Of a stretch of DNA of 64,000 nt, positions 17,838 through 27,892 are shown one piece after another. Position 1 is the first letter of the stretch. Each line of letters opens with the position of its first letter. Made by a program: the position numbers and the translations under genes. Origin of the DNA: Syntrophales bacterium (GTDB taxonomy: Bacteria > Desulfobacterota > Syntrophia > Syntrophales > PHBD01); assembly GCA_963668175.1 (NCBI GenBank), contig OY764159.1, positions 3,712,001 through 3,776,000 on the forward strand, read 5' to 3'. The notes beneath the pieces were generated by a model that made no database searches, was not told the DNA's origin, and worked only from the letters and a program-made list of their open reading frames with translations.

Positions 17838-19958
17838 TTATGCTTCCGCCTTTTCCCGGATATCGCGATCAAGTTCCTTCCTGACCCCTAACCCCAGTCG
17901 TTCCTGTACATAGGGCTTCCTGACATATGCGCCTGCACCGAGACGCTGAGCCTCCGTCACACGCTCCGTCTCGGAGAACCCGCTTACGATAACCGCTTTC
18001 TGCAGGGGGTTGATCTCCAGAATATTCCGGTAGGTATCGAGGCCGTCGATACCGGGGTCCATGATCATATCGAGAACAACCAGGTCCGCCTGATGATCCC
18101 GGAGATATTCCACGGCCTCTTCGCCGCTCGCCGCAACGGCGACACGGTAATTGAGCTTGATCAGCATCTTGGCGGCCAGTTCCCGCTGCTCCTGCATATC
18201 GTCTACGATCAGGATGGATTCGCCGCGCCCCATATATTCCGACTGCGGTACGGGCACGCCCTCGGGAGCAATCTGTTCCGTCGTAACGGGAAAATAAAGG
18301 GAAAAGGTCGTCCCCCTGCCCTCTTCTGTCTGGACGTCGATGTATCCCCCATGATCCTTGACGGTGCCCCAGACGACGGCAAGGCCCAGACCCGTTCCGC
18401 TCCGCCCCATAACTTTTTTTGTATAGAAGGGCTCGAAGATCCGTTTGATGTCCTGGGCGGGAATCCCTTCTCCCGTATCCGAGACCGACAGTACCGCATA
18501 ATCGCCCTTCAGAACATCGTCATATCCGTGAATAGGTTTGTCCAAATATTGATTGCCGGAAGCGATGGTCAATATGCCCCCCTTCGGCATGGCTTCAATC
18601 GCATTCATCACCAGATTCATCGTCGTCTTGTTGAGATGGACGGGCGATCCCTTGATATTGGGGATATTCGCCTTCAGATCGGTCTTCAAACGGACGCGGG
18701 GATTGGAAGCAAGAATACTTTTAAATTCCGCTGTTTCCTGCATCTTCCGGACGGCATCGGTCAGATTGATGACCTGGCCGGTCTTAACGCCCCTTCGTGC
18801 CAGGGTCAGCAGGTCCTGGACGATAGCCGCCGCCCGTTCGCCGCCTTCCATGATATTCACGGCATGAGATCTCATCCTGCCGGTCAGGTTTGGTTCATCG
18901 AGGAGAAGTTCGGAATAGCCGACGACTATGCCGAGAATGTTGTTCAGATCATGGGCGACGCCTCCCGCTAGCGTACCGAGAGCTTCCATCTTCTCGGCTC
19001 GGTTGAGACGTTCCTCCATCCGCTGCCGTTCATCCTCGGCCAAACGCTGTTCGGTAACGTCTTTATGCTGGATAACGGCGTGGGTTATCTTTCCCTGGGT
19101 ATCCTTAACGGGAAAAACGGTGGTGTCGACCGTAACGCATACCTTTTCACGTAAATGTAATTTTGTGTGGCGCGATGTGTCGTAGGTTATTTCGAAACGG
19201 ACTGTTTCGCCGTTTTCATAAACGGATTTTACGAGCGGCATGAATCCCTGCTCGGAAATGATTTCGTCTTGCAGAATGTTGTAACGTCCTATCACTTCCT
19301 CCGGAGATACGGCAAACAGGCGGAGGCATGCCTCATTCATGCCGACCATGGTACCCCGAGCATCCGCTATGGTCATAGCGCTCGGGCTCTGCTCGATAAC
19401 GCTGCTGAGGAACGTCTCGGATTGCCTCCTGGCTTCTTCCGCCTTATAGAGGCGCCTGATCGGCACTATTCTGAGGAACAGAAAAGCGCCTAAGCCCAAC
19501 GGCATGATAAGCAGGGCCATAAAACCCGTCCGCTGCAGGATCGGACGGAAGGAGCGGGCGATCTCAATCCTGCCTACGACCACGCCCGAATCCTTTAAAT
19601 CGAAGGATCGCATGATAACGGGCGGTTTGAGTTCGTCGGCACTTATGGCGATGACATGGTCGTCTGCATCCAGGATCCGTCTGATCTCGTTCACTCCCTT
19701 GCGGGAACGCATCGAAAGAATCCCGTCCAGTCTCTCGCGTTGGTATTTCCAGAAATCCGGACTGGCGATGATAATCTGACCCGTGAGATTCGCATTGATC
19801 TCGGCTTCCATGGCCAGGCTCGCGGCCATATTGAGATACGACATGTAGAGATAGCCTAAAGGAGAGGCAATCGCGGCCACTCCGATGACGATGCCGGCAA
19901 GCCAGGTAATGATCCTGGTCGTGCCTTTCCCGGAATCGTACATTTTCCCTAGGGTCAT
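17838..19958 (-). CDS. Membrane hybrid sensor kinase (2 TM, PAS, HisKA/HATPase, REC)
   Basis: GGVAHDLNN, NAIEAM, DTGEGI, FEPFYTKK, GTGLGL, LDMIM. Confidence 0.92.
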   Translation of the reverse strand: MTLGKMYDSGKGTTRIITWLAGIVIGVAAIASPLGYLYMSYLNMAASLAMEAEINANLTGQIIIASPDFWKYQRERLDGILSMRSRKGVNEIRRILDADDHVIAISADELKPPVIMRSFDLKDSGVVVGRIEIARSFRPILQRTGFMALLIMPLGLGAFLFLRIVPIRRLYKAEEARRQSETFLSSVIEQSPSAMTIADARGTMVGMNEACLRLFAVSPEEVIGRYNILQDEIISEQGFMPLVKSVYENGETVRFEITYDTSRHTKLHLREKVCVTVDTTVFPVKDTQGKITHAVIQHKDVTEQRLAEDERQRMEERLNRAEKMEALGTLAGGVAHDLNNILGIVVGYSELLLDEPNLTGRMRSHAVNIMEGGERAAAIVQDLLTLARRGVKTGQVINLTDAVRKMQETAEFKSILASNPRVRLKTDLKANIPNIKGSPVHLNKTTMNLVMNAIEAMPKGGILTIASGNQYLDKPIHGYDDVLKGDYAVLSVSDTGEGIPAQDIKRIFEPFYTKKVMGRSGTGLGLAVVWGTVKDHGGYIDVQTEEGRGTTFSLYFPVTTEQIAPEGVPVPQSEYMGRGESILIVDDMQEQRELAAKMLIKLNYRVAVAASGEEAVEYLRDHQADLVVLDMIMDPGIDGLDTYRNILEINPLQKAVIVSGFSETERVTEAQRLGAGAYVRKPYVQERLGLGVRKELDRDIREKAEA

Positions 19959-20791
19959 CGAACGGTCACCAGATGTCCGGTGTCCTCCATGATTTTCAAT
20001 CCTTTGGCTGAGAACAGGAACTGGGTGAATTTCTGAACCGCGGCAGATGCATTTCGGTAGGTGACGATGATCAGGGGTACGGAAGGACCGTAGGTCTTAT
20101 TGAAAAGGTTTTTCGGACTGGGCGAGATGCCGTTATATGCGAGGACCTTCACCTGGCGCTTTTCAGAGATTGCTTGGGCCAACGTACAGTATCCGAAAGC
20201 CCCCTGGGTTTTTTCCACATTGTCGGCGTTGTCCTGGGACGTCAGTCCGATGGCCGCTTCATGGTCGGCGAGGGCGATGTCGACCGCTTGACTCAATTCC
20301 GGCGACATCGATTTGAGAATAAGCGTTTCTGTGTCCCAGGCGGGGCGCAACCGGATGCGGATTCGTTTGCCGTCGGGCCAGTTCTTCATCCCGCCCCGGT
20401 AGATGCTGACGACATCATGGGTAGTAACACCCGATACATGAACGTCTTTGTTCGCAACAAAAACAAAAGGCGTTCGCCCATAGGTGATCACTGAAAAGTC
20501 CGCTTTCTCCTCGGTCGGTTTCAGACCCCGAGACACAACGGCAAGGTCGATGGCTTTCTTGGATATTGCATCCACGGCACCCGAACTGCCCAGGCTGGGC
20601 AGGATGTTGACTTTTATTCCCGGATGCAACTTCTCGAAGGCCTCGCCGAGGATCTTTATCGTCCCCAAAGCGCTGCCGGTGCCGCCTACGGTCAGAGTTT
20701 CGCCGGCATGGCCCCCGGAACCTCCGATGACCATGGTCCCGATGACCACAAGGAGAACAAGAACGAATCCCTTCACTCTTTGTCGAGCCAT
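19955..20791 (-). CDS. PstS-like periplasmic substrate-binding protein
   Basis: Signal peptide, VGGTGS, SLGSSGA, VVSR, IYRG..KNWPDG; stop overlaps the kinase start. Confidence 0.8.
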   Translation of the reverse strand: MARQRVKGFVLVLLVVIGTMVIGGSGGHAGETLTVGGTGSALGTIKILGEAFEKLHPGIKVNILPSLGSSGAVDAISKKAIDLAVVSRGLKPTEEKADFSVITYGRTPFVFVANKDVHVSGVTTHDVVSIYRGGMKNWPDGKRIRIRLRPAWDTETLILKSMSPELSQAVDIALADHEAAIGLTSQDNADNVEKTQGAFGYCTLAQAISEKRQVKVLAYNGISPSPKNLFNKTYGPSVPLIIVTYRNASAAVQKFTQFLFSAKGLKIMEDTGHLVTVR

Positions 20792-20998
20792 AGATTACAT
20801 TCCTCGCATAGTGTTAAAGTCTCCATGTTTATCACCACGCCTTCAGCTATAAGATGACATGACTGACGAAATGCTTATATATACCATAGTTGTGGAACAT
20901 AGCCAATTCGAATTCTTGACTGCGCACACCCCTCTGCACCGGGATAAAAAGGGAGCAAAACAGGAGACTTGTTTTAAACATGCTCCTTCCACTTGTTC

Positions 20999-21027
20999 TT
21001 GACACGTCCCCATGGAAAGGCTATAGA
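20999..21027 (+). promoter_or_regulatory. Sigma70-type promoter upstream of ACT-fhs
   Basis: TTGACA-N17-TATAGA. Confidence 0.55.
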
Positions 21028-21293
21028 TCAGCGATCAATCGTCACGCGGGTTTCGCTCTGCTATTGTATCGCTGCAGGTAATAAGGCGGCTGTAGCATGG
21101 CAAAGGAAAACGGGGCGGCAAGTGAATGCGCACCCGTTCCGGGATCGTATTCCAAATACCCCGGTCGATGCAGACTTAGCGTGTAAGGAGATACGCTGTA
21201 TTGCGGTAAGCTGTCCGAAACGTTTGGAACGTACAGCGCTGCATATCAGCATTACAAACGGCCCCACTGAACGCAAAAAAATGGAGTTGACTT

Positions 21294-21833
21294 ATGAGAT
21301 CATACGTCGTTTTTTCATCCATGGGACCGGACCGTCCCGGTTTGGCCAGAGAAATTGCGGAATTTTTCACGGCACGCGGCATCAACATCGAGCGCTCGCG
21401 GGGTTGCGTACTGGGAAACGAATTCGGCATGATCATCCTCACATCGGGCAACACCGACGACATCGAACGCTTTATTCCTGAGTTGGATATCCTCCGTCAG
21501 AAGACGGGGCTCGACATCCACGTCCGGAAAACCAAGGCCCCGAGCCACAGGGAGGTACAGCCTTCGATCCCTTACAGGCTAGTCGCCACTTCGATCGACC
21601 ATCCCGGCATCATCCATCAAATCTGCAAGGCCCTTCATCAAAGGGGCATCAACATCGAAGACATCTCGACCAATGTCGACAACAACATTGTTACCGGCGC
21701 AAACGTTTTCCAGATGATCTGCAACTTTTCGCTGCCGCCCGGTGTCAAAATCATCGATCTCAAGACAGCGCTGAACCGCATCAGTGACGAATACAACATC
21801 GATATCCGGTTCGACGCGGTGATCAACAAGTAA
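21294..21833 (+). CDS. Tandem ACT-domain protein, GcvR-like
   Basis: GPDRPGL...INIE.S and DHPGII...INIED ACT repeats. Confidence 0.82.
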   Translation: MRSYVVFSSMGPDRPGLAREIAEFFTARGINIERSRGCVLGNEFGMIILTSGNTDDIERFIPELDILRQKTGLDIHVRKTKAPSHREVQPSIPYRLVATSIDHPGIIHQICKALHQRGINIEDISTNVDNNIVTGANVFQMICNFSLPPGVKIIDLKTALNRISDEYNIDIRFDAVINK

Positions 21834-21835
21834 TT

Positions 21836-23518
21836 ATGAACAGAACCGACAAACATCACGCCCATCAACTGAAACCGATCGCGGAAATCGCCGCTTCGAT
21901 AGGCCTCAAAGAAGACGACCTGGAGTACTACGGACGGTATAAGGCCAAGGTAAGGCTGGATGCCGTCAAAAATTGGGAGCGGAGGGATAATTCCGCCCTG
22001 ATCCTTGTCTCCGCGATGACCCCAACGCCCGCCGGAGAAGGAAAAACGACCGTTTCCATCGGATTGGCCCAGGCGCTGGCCAAACTGGGAAAAGCGACCA
22101 TCGTCGCCCTGCGCGAACCTTCTCTGGGTCCCGTCTTCGGCATCAAGGGGGGGGCGACGGGGGGAGGCAAATCCTGCGTGCATCCCCTTGATGAAATCAA
22201 TCTCCACTTTACCAACGATTTTCCGGCCGTGGAAAGCGCCCACAACCTCCTTTCGGCCCTTGTCGATAATGCCGTGTTCCACGGCAACCCGCTCAATATT
22301 GATCCCCGCAAGATCACCTGGAGGCGGGTCCTCGACGTGAACGACAGGTCCCTCAGGGACATTGTCATCGGCCTCGGCGGCTCCACCAACGGCGTGCCCC
22401 GTGAAACCGGCTTCGATATCGTTCCATCCAGCGAAATCATGGCGATCCTCTGCCTCTCCCGTTCTTACGCGGAGTTGAAGGACAAGATACGCCGGACACT
22501 GGTCGGCTTCACCTACGACGACCGGCCTGTTCTTACGGGAGACCTCAAAGTTGAAGGAGCGGTTACGGCACTCCTCAAGCACGCCCTCCTTCCGAACCTG
22601 GTCCAAACGACGGAAGGCGTCCCGGCTATCATCCATGGCGGTCCCTTTGCCAATATAGCCCAGGGAACGAGCAGCATCATGGGGACCGACCTCGCGCTCC
22701 GCCTGGCCGATTTCGTGGTGACCGAAGCCGGTTTCGGCTTCGATCTGGGCGCGGAAAAGTTTTTCGATATCGTGGCCCCTTACGGCGACTTGAATCCGCG
22801 CATCGTCGTCCTGGTCGCGACGGTCCGAGCCATGAAATATCACGCGGGCGTGGCGCGGGAACATCTCAACGAACCCAACCCCCAGGCGGCTGTCCTCGGC
22901 ATGGCGAACTTGAGAAAGCACTATCAGAATATCGACAAGTTCAACGTCCCCTGCATCATCGCCCTGAACCGCTTTCCCACAGATTCGGATGCGGAGATCA
23001 GGGCCGTGGTCAAGGCGGCCGAGTATGAGGGGATGAACATCGCACCCGCTGATATTTTCCGGAAGGGAGGAGAAGGAGGCCTGGAACTGGCGGAAAAAAC
23101 GGCCGGCCTTATTGCCAGTGCGAACGGGAGCTTCCGCAGGCTTTACGACTGGAATCAGCCGGTGGAGGACAAGATATTCACGGTCGCGAGTGAAATATAC
23201 GGCGCCGTCTCCATCGATTATCAGCCGTTGGCAAAGCGCAACCTCGACCTCATCAAAAAGATCGGCTACGACAAGCTTCCGATCTGTATAGCCAAGACCC
23301 AGCAATCTTTATCGGACAACCCCGCCCTCCTCGGCTTGCCCAGAGACTTTATCGTCACCGTCCGGGAAATCAAGATCGCCTCGGGCGCCGGCTTCCTCAT
23401 ACCCATTACGGGCGAGATCCTTCGTATGCCCGGCCTGGCGAAACAGCCCGCCGCCTTCAACATCGACATCGACGACAAGGGAAACATCACCGGCATCGTC
23501 GCCCCGGGCAAAGACTGA
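21836..23518 (+). CDS. fhs: Formate--tetrahydrofolate ligase
   Basis: PTPAGEGKTT, LREPSLGP, IKGGATGGG, HGGPFANIA, TEAGFGFDLGAEKF, AKTQ.SLSD, MPGL. Confidence 0.97.
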   Translation: MNRTDKHHAHQLKPIAEIAASIGLKEDDLEYYGRYKAKVRLDAVKNWERRDNSALILVSAMTPTPAGEGKTTVSIGLAQALAKLGKATIVALREPSLGPVFGIKGGATGGGKSCVHPLDEINLHFTNDFPAVESAHNLLSALVDNAVFHGNPLNIDPRKITWRRVLDVNDRSLRDIVIGLGGSTNGVPRETGFDIVPSSEIMAILCLSRSYAELKDKIRRTLVGFTYDDRPVLTGDLKVEGAVTALLKHALLPNLVQTTEGVPAIIHGGPFANIAQGTSSIMGTDLALRLADFVVTEAGFGFDLGAEKFFDIVAPYGDLNPRIVVLVATVRAMKYHAGVAREHLNEPNPQAAVLGMANLRKHYQNIDKFNVPCIIALNRFPTDSDAEIRAVVKAAEYEGMNIAPADIFRKGGEGGLELAEKTAGLIASANGSFRRLYDWNQPVEDKIFTVASEIYGAVSIDYQPLAKRNLDLIKKIGYDKLPICIAKTQQSLSDNPALLGLPRDFIVTVREIKIASGAGFLIPITGEILRMPGLAKQPAAFNIDIDDKGNITGIVAPGKD

Positions 23519-23755
23519 GTCATTGACTGAACCAATGGAATAGATTGTATAATATCCGGGAATGGCCGTACGGAACTCCGGGCGAAGACGAGTGGACTCG
23601 TATCATGGAAGTTCTCTTGTTTCACCTGGGCATCGTCTTTCCCGCCCGCATGCAGGTCGGAAGGCACAACCTAAAGGCCTTGACAACCGGAGTGCTTTTA
23701 TTCTAGCTTTTTAGAAGATGCCTTTATCAAGAAACGGGGGTTAAAAAATCGGAAG

Positions 23756-24652
23756 ATGATCGACCACGTTAAAAGATACTTCATCGCCACGAGGCCATGG
23801 TCCTTTACGATGTCCTTCATTTCCGTATCGGTGGGAACGCTTCTGGCCGCCGAAAACGGTCCTGTCTCGTTGTTCTGGTTTTCGTTGATCGCAGTGGGCA
23901 TCATATGCTTTCACGCGGCGGCCAATCTCATCAACGATTATTTCGACACCCGCTACGGCGTGGATCGGGAGGATTCCCCGACGGCCAAGTACCGCCCCCA
24001 GCCGCTCATTTCCGGGATGCTCTCCCCGCGCCAGCTTCTTGTCGAAGCCGTCCTGCTGCTCATATTGACCTGCACCATCGGCTTTACGACGGCCTTCGTC
24101 CGTTCGCTGCACGTGCTCTGGATCGGGATTGTGGGGCTCGCCGCCTGTATCTTCTATACGGCCGGACCGGTCAAGTTCAAGTACAAGGCATTCGGCGAGT
24201 TCGCCGTCTTCATGATGTGGGGGCCTTTGATGATCGAGGGAGCCTACGCCGTACAGAGACAAGCCCTCTCCTTCAAGGCCCTCTATATATCGATTCCTTT
24301 CGGCGTGCTCGTCGCCCTGGTCCTCTTCGCCAACAACATGAGGGACATCGCTTACGATGCCCGCCAGAACATCAAGACGATCAGCATCATGCTGGGGGAC
24401 AGAAGGAGCTACCTGCTCTTCGCCGGTCTCATCTTCCTCGCCTATGCCTATGTCCTGGGAATGATCCTGGCGGGAGTGATGAGTCTCTGGGGCCTTCTGA
24501 TCTTCCTCTCGGTACCGAAGGCCGTGAGCCTGCTTAAAACCTTCCGTGAGAAGATACCCGACATGGCCGACGCCTTGACCGCCCAATTCGATACGGTGTT
24601 CGGGGTCCTGCTCATCCTGGCGATTCTCCTGGAAGTCAAGGCCGTCCTTTGA
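23756..24652 (+). CDS. UbiA-family prenyltransferase, MenA-like
   Basis: ATRPWS, NLINDYFD..GVD, FYTAGP, ANNMRD...D. Confidence 0.85.
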   Translation: MIDHVKRYFIATRPWSFTMSFISVSVGTLLAAENGPVSLFWFSLIAVGIICFHAAANLINDYFDTRYGVDREDSPTAKYRPQPLISGMLSPRQLLVEAVLLLILTCTIGFTTAFVRSLHVLWIGIVGLAACIFYTAGPVKFKYKAFGEFAVFMMWGPLMIEGAYAVQRQALSFKALYISIPFGVLVALVLFANNMRDIAYDARQNIKTISIMLGDRRSYLLFAGLIFLAYAYVLGMILAGVMSLWGLLIFLSVPKAVSLLKTFREKIPDMADALTAQFDTVFGVLLILAILLEVKAVL

Positions 24653-25239
24653 TACCCGGTGCCGTCATCCTGGCTTTCATCTGCTGGGGTTTCACTTTCG
24701 GTCTGCCGCGGGGTAATTTCTGGGTCAAGATCGGCGTCTCCGTCATCGTCATCTGCATCTATTCCTTTCAATGGCAGAAGCCCAAGGTCCGTTTCACGGC
24801 CAACAGCATTGTCATCGGCATCATCTCCGCTCTTGCCCTGTACGGAATCTTTTTCGTCGGCAACGCGCTGTCCCCTTACATTGTAAGCGGTTCAGCCGCG
24901 CAGGTAGGGGGTATTTACGATCTGGGAACGGGATCGGACCGGGTTCTCGTCTTCCTGCTTCTTTGTTTCGTCACCGGTCCGGGCGAGGAAATCTTCTGGC
25001 GCGGCTTCCTTCAGCAAACGCTCATGGACCGATACGGTCCTGCCCGGGGGTTCGCCATCGGAGTCCTGCTGTACGGCGCCGTGCACGTCTTCTCCATGAA
25101 CTTTATGCTGGTCATGGCCGCCCTGGTGGCAGGCGCCTTCTGGGGAGGACTCTATCTTTGGAAGAGCGATCTCGGGGCTGTCATCGTCTCCCACAGTCTG
25201 TGGAGTTCCTTCATCTTCGCCGTCTTTCCCGTTCGCTGA
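24649..25239 (+). CDS. CPBP (CAAX/Abi) intramembrane metalloprotease
   Basis: EEIFWRG, Y.AVH, SHSLW motifs; TTG start overlapping upstream stop. Confidence 0.85.
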   Translation: MIPGAVILAFICWGFTFGLPRGNFWVKIGVSVIVICIYSFQWQKPKVRFTANSIVIGIISALALYGIFFVGNALSPYIVSGSAAQVGGIYDLGTGSDRVLVFLLLCFVTGPGEEIFWRGFLQQTLMDRYGPARGFAIGVLLYGAVHVFSMNFMLVMAALVAGAFWGGLYLWKSDLGAVIVSHSLWSSFIFAVFPVR

Positions 25240-25267
25240 CGGCAGGAGCCAAACAAGTGCCGCAGAA

Positions 25268-26233
25268 TTACAGGGCCAATTCCATCCCGTCATAGGCCAG
25301 ATATATTTCGAGAAGGCTTTCGGGGGCGTAAATCCCGAGATAATCCCTCGTTTCGTCGAGAAAATGCTCCAATGCTTCATCGTCATAGGTGTGTTCGCTG
25401 TGGAACATGCACAGGCGCTTGACCCCCGCCTTTACCGCCATCTCAACCGCCAGGAGGTTGCTCGAATGTCCCCAGTTCTCCTTGACGCCGATGGCGTCGA
25501 GGAACCGGTACTGGGCATCGAAAATCAGCAAGTCGGCCCCGTTGAAAAAGGAGAGAAATTGATCCGTTGCGGTTCCCGACTCTTCCTTGTGCTCCGCGTC
25601 GGTTGAGTAAACGACACTTTTCCCCTCTTTCTCGAAACGATACCCGTAAGAATCCCCCGGGTGGTTCTGCCGGATAGTCATCACCTGCAGACCGGCAATG
25701 CTGTATAATTCACCTGCGGTCAGGGTATGGAAAACGATATCGGCCGACATGGCCTTGAGGGGTACGGGAAAAGACGGGCCTTCCTGCTGTCTCACAAAAG
25801 CCTCCTGAAGATAATCATGGCCTCCGTAAATATGAACCCTGTTTCCCGGAATATAGGCCGGAGTGAAAAAGGGAAAGCCCTGAATATGGTCCCAATGGGG
25901 GTGCGATATGAAGATATGGAAAACAGACGGAGCTGCACCCCCTTCCCGGGAGTCCGATTTGAGGAACGCAGCGCCGAAATCCCTCAATCCGGTTCCGGCA
26001 TCACAAAGCACATACTCTTTGTGCCCTCTGATTTCAACACAGGCCGTGTTACCCCCGAAACTGCCCCTCACCTGAAAAGGGAGCTTATCCCTGACAAAGG
26101 CCGCGATGGTCTCATCCGTATCGAGGGCGTACGAACGCGCCTTTCTCAATGCCGAAAATATTTTTTTCTCGATCATGCCGGCGGTGATAGATGACGGCAG
26201 CGATCCGCGAGTCCCCCAGAAGTGGATCTGCAT
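25268..26233 (-). CDS. MBL-fold metallohydrolase (phosphodiesterase-like)
   Basis: FWGTRGS, GGNTAC, DAGTG, SHPHWDHIQGFPFF, HPG, WGHS. Confidence 0.88.
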   Translation of the reverse strand: MQIHFWGTRGSLPSSITAGMIEKKIFSALRKARSYALDTDETIAAFVRDKLPFQVRGSFGGNTACVEIRGHKEYVLCDAGTGLRDFGAAFLKSDSREGGAAPSVFHIFISHPHWDHIQGFPFFTPAYIPGNRVHIYGGHDYLQEAFVRQQEGPSFPVPLKAMSADIVFHTLTAGELYSIAGLQVMTIRQNHPGDSYGYRFEKEGKSVVYSTDAEHKEESGTATDQFLSFFNGADLLIFDAQYRFLDAIGVKENWGHSSNLLAVEMAVKAGVKRLCMFHSEHTYDDEALEHFLDETRDYLGIYAPESLLEIYLAYDGMELAL

Positions 26234-26361
26234 AGGCGCTCCTTGGTCGGAGAGATAAAGAGATTCATCTGTCCGCAGACATGTATCACATTTCGATGCG
26301 AAGCTCCACCACGATGTAACACATAACGACCAGGCTGCCGGACTGCCTGCATGGGGCACTT

Positions 26362-27003
26362 CTATCGCTCACGACCTGCGGCACTGCCCCATAAATCGTG
26401 AAGGCGTTTGTCGCGCCCGCAGCTCAACCGATAGTACTTGTATCGTAACGGGTTCTTTTTATAATAATGCTGATGGTATTCCTCCGTAGGATAAAACGTC
26501 CCGGCAGGAACGATCTCCGTGACGATCGGATCGGGGAAGGATTTTGTCGCGCTCAGGGCCGCTTTCGACTTTTCTGCCGTCTTCTTCTGCTCGTCGCTAT
26601 GATAAAAAATGGCCGTCCGGTACTGGTGGCCGCTGTCGCAGAACTGCCGGTCTTCCACGGTCGGGTCAACGTTGTGCCAGAATACGTTCAGGAGCCTGCC
26701 GTAACCGATAACCTTAGGATCAAAAAGGATTTGAACGGATTCGGCATGCCCCGTACCTCCCGCCGACACCTGTTCGTAGGTCGGATTCTTTGTCGTCCCG
26801 CCCGTATAACCGACGGTCACCGAAACGACGCCGGGGAGTTTATCGAACGGGGATTCCATGCACCAGAAGCAGCCGCCGGCAAAAGTGGCCGTTTCCAGTT
26901 TCGGGTCCGCGGCGGCGTAACCCGTCCCGACGGCCATAACGGCAGCTGCAACAATTACCGCCAGCGTCAGTTTAACGAGATCGGTTGTCCGATGTCTGTT
27001 CAT
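26362..27003 (-). CDS. msrA: Peptide-methionine (S)-S-oxide reductase with signal peptide
   Basis: FAGGCFWC, GHAE, EEYHQHYY; SD AAGGAGG before ATG 27003. Confidence 0.95.
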   Translation of the reverse strand: MNRHRTTDLVKLTLAVIVAAAVMAVGTGYAAADPKLETATFAGGCFWCMESPFDKLPGVVSVTVGYTGGTTKNPTYEQVSAGGTGHAESVQILFDPKVIGYGRLLNVFWHNVDPTVEDRQFCDSGHQYRTAIFYHSDEQKKTAEKSKAALSATKSFPDPIVTEIVPAGTFYPTEEYHQHYYKKNPLRYKYYRLSCGRDKRLHDLWGSAAGRER

Positions 27004-27026
27004 AACATCCTCCTTGGTGCTGTTGC

Positions 27027-27644
27027 TCATTTCTTTTCAAAGAGCTTCATGAATTCCCCGTAACCGTCCTTTTCGAGGTCCTCCTTAGGTATAAACCTCA
27101 ACGCCGCCGAATTCATACAATACCTCAATCCCGTGGGCTTTGGACCGTCGGGGAATACATGGCCGAGATGCGAATCGCCGTACCGGCTTCTCACTTCGGT
27201 ACGGACCATCAACCATCCCTTATCTTCCCGGGTCACGATATTGCCTGGCACCAGGGGTTTCGTAAAACTCGGCCAGCCGGTTCCCGAATCGAACTTGTCC
27301 GTGGAACTGAAGAGCGGCTCGCCCGAAACGATATCGACGTAAATGCCCTCCCGTTTGTCCTTGTCGTACTTGTTTTGAAAGGGCGGCTCTGTTCCCTCCT
27401 CCTGCGTCACCTTATATTGAAGCGGCGTTAATGTCTGCTTTAACACGGACTCCGCAGGCTTCTTGATATGCTGCCAGGGTTTCGATGCCGGCTTTTCTCC
27501 GCCGGTATTACCGGAATTGTCCGTATTCACGACGGCCTGTTTCAGGTCCGCCGCCATTCCTCTTTCGTCCTGATGCCCCAGGCCGGAATTCTGACATGCC
27601 GACAGAAGGAGGACCATCATTATGCCTAAAACCCATCTTTTCAT
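27027..27644 (-). CDS. msrB: Peptide-methionine (R)-S-oxide reductase, lipoprotein
   Basis: [29 protein letters not shown]; lipobox LSAC. Confidence 0.95.
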   Translation of the reverse strand: MKRWVLGIMMVLLLSACQNSGLGHQDERGMAADLKQAVVNTDNSGNTGGEKPASKPWQHIKKPAESVLKQTLTPLQYKVTQEEGTEPPFQNKYDKDKREGIYVDIVSGEPLFSSTDKFDSGTGWPSFTKPLVPGNIVTREDKGWLMVRTEVRSRYGDSHLGHVFPDGPKPTGLRYCMNSAALRFIPKEDLEKDGYGEFMKLFEKK

Positions 27645-27892
27645 GCTCCCTCCTTTTAAAGACTTATTTTATGATAAATTTAATGACGAATAGTCAGATG
27701 GCAAGGATGCGCTTGGATGGGGCAGGGAAGAATCAATGGATTCCAGGTGTACCGATTTCCTTGTGACAGAGTGATCGTCTTTCTGATGGATAATGGATAG
27801 AGGAAATACTCTGATAAATCAAAAGAATGGATTGAATATCATCCGGATGCCCATCCGATCAACCGGAACAGGGTCCTGTGCACTCACCCGAT

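Noticed and set aside
21638..23305. Long antisense ORFs here and at 5042-6259, 33795-35117, 47759-49603, 53290-54648, 58569-59921
   Set aside because: They overlap well-supported genes on the other strand and lack motifs; expected with high-GC codon usage
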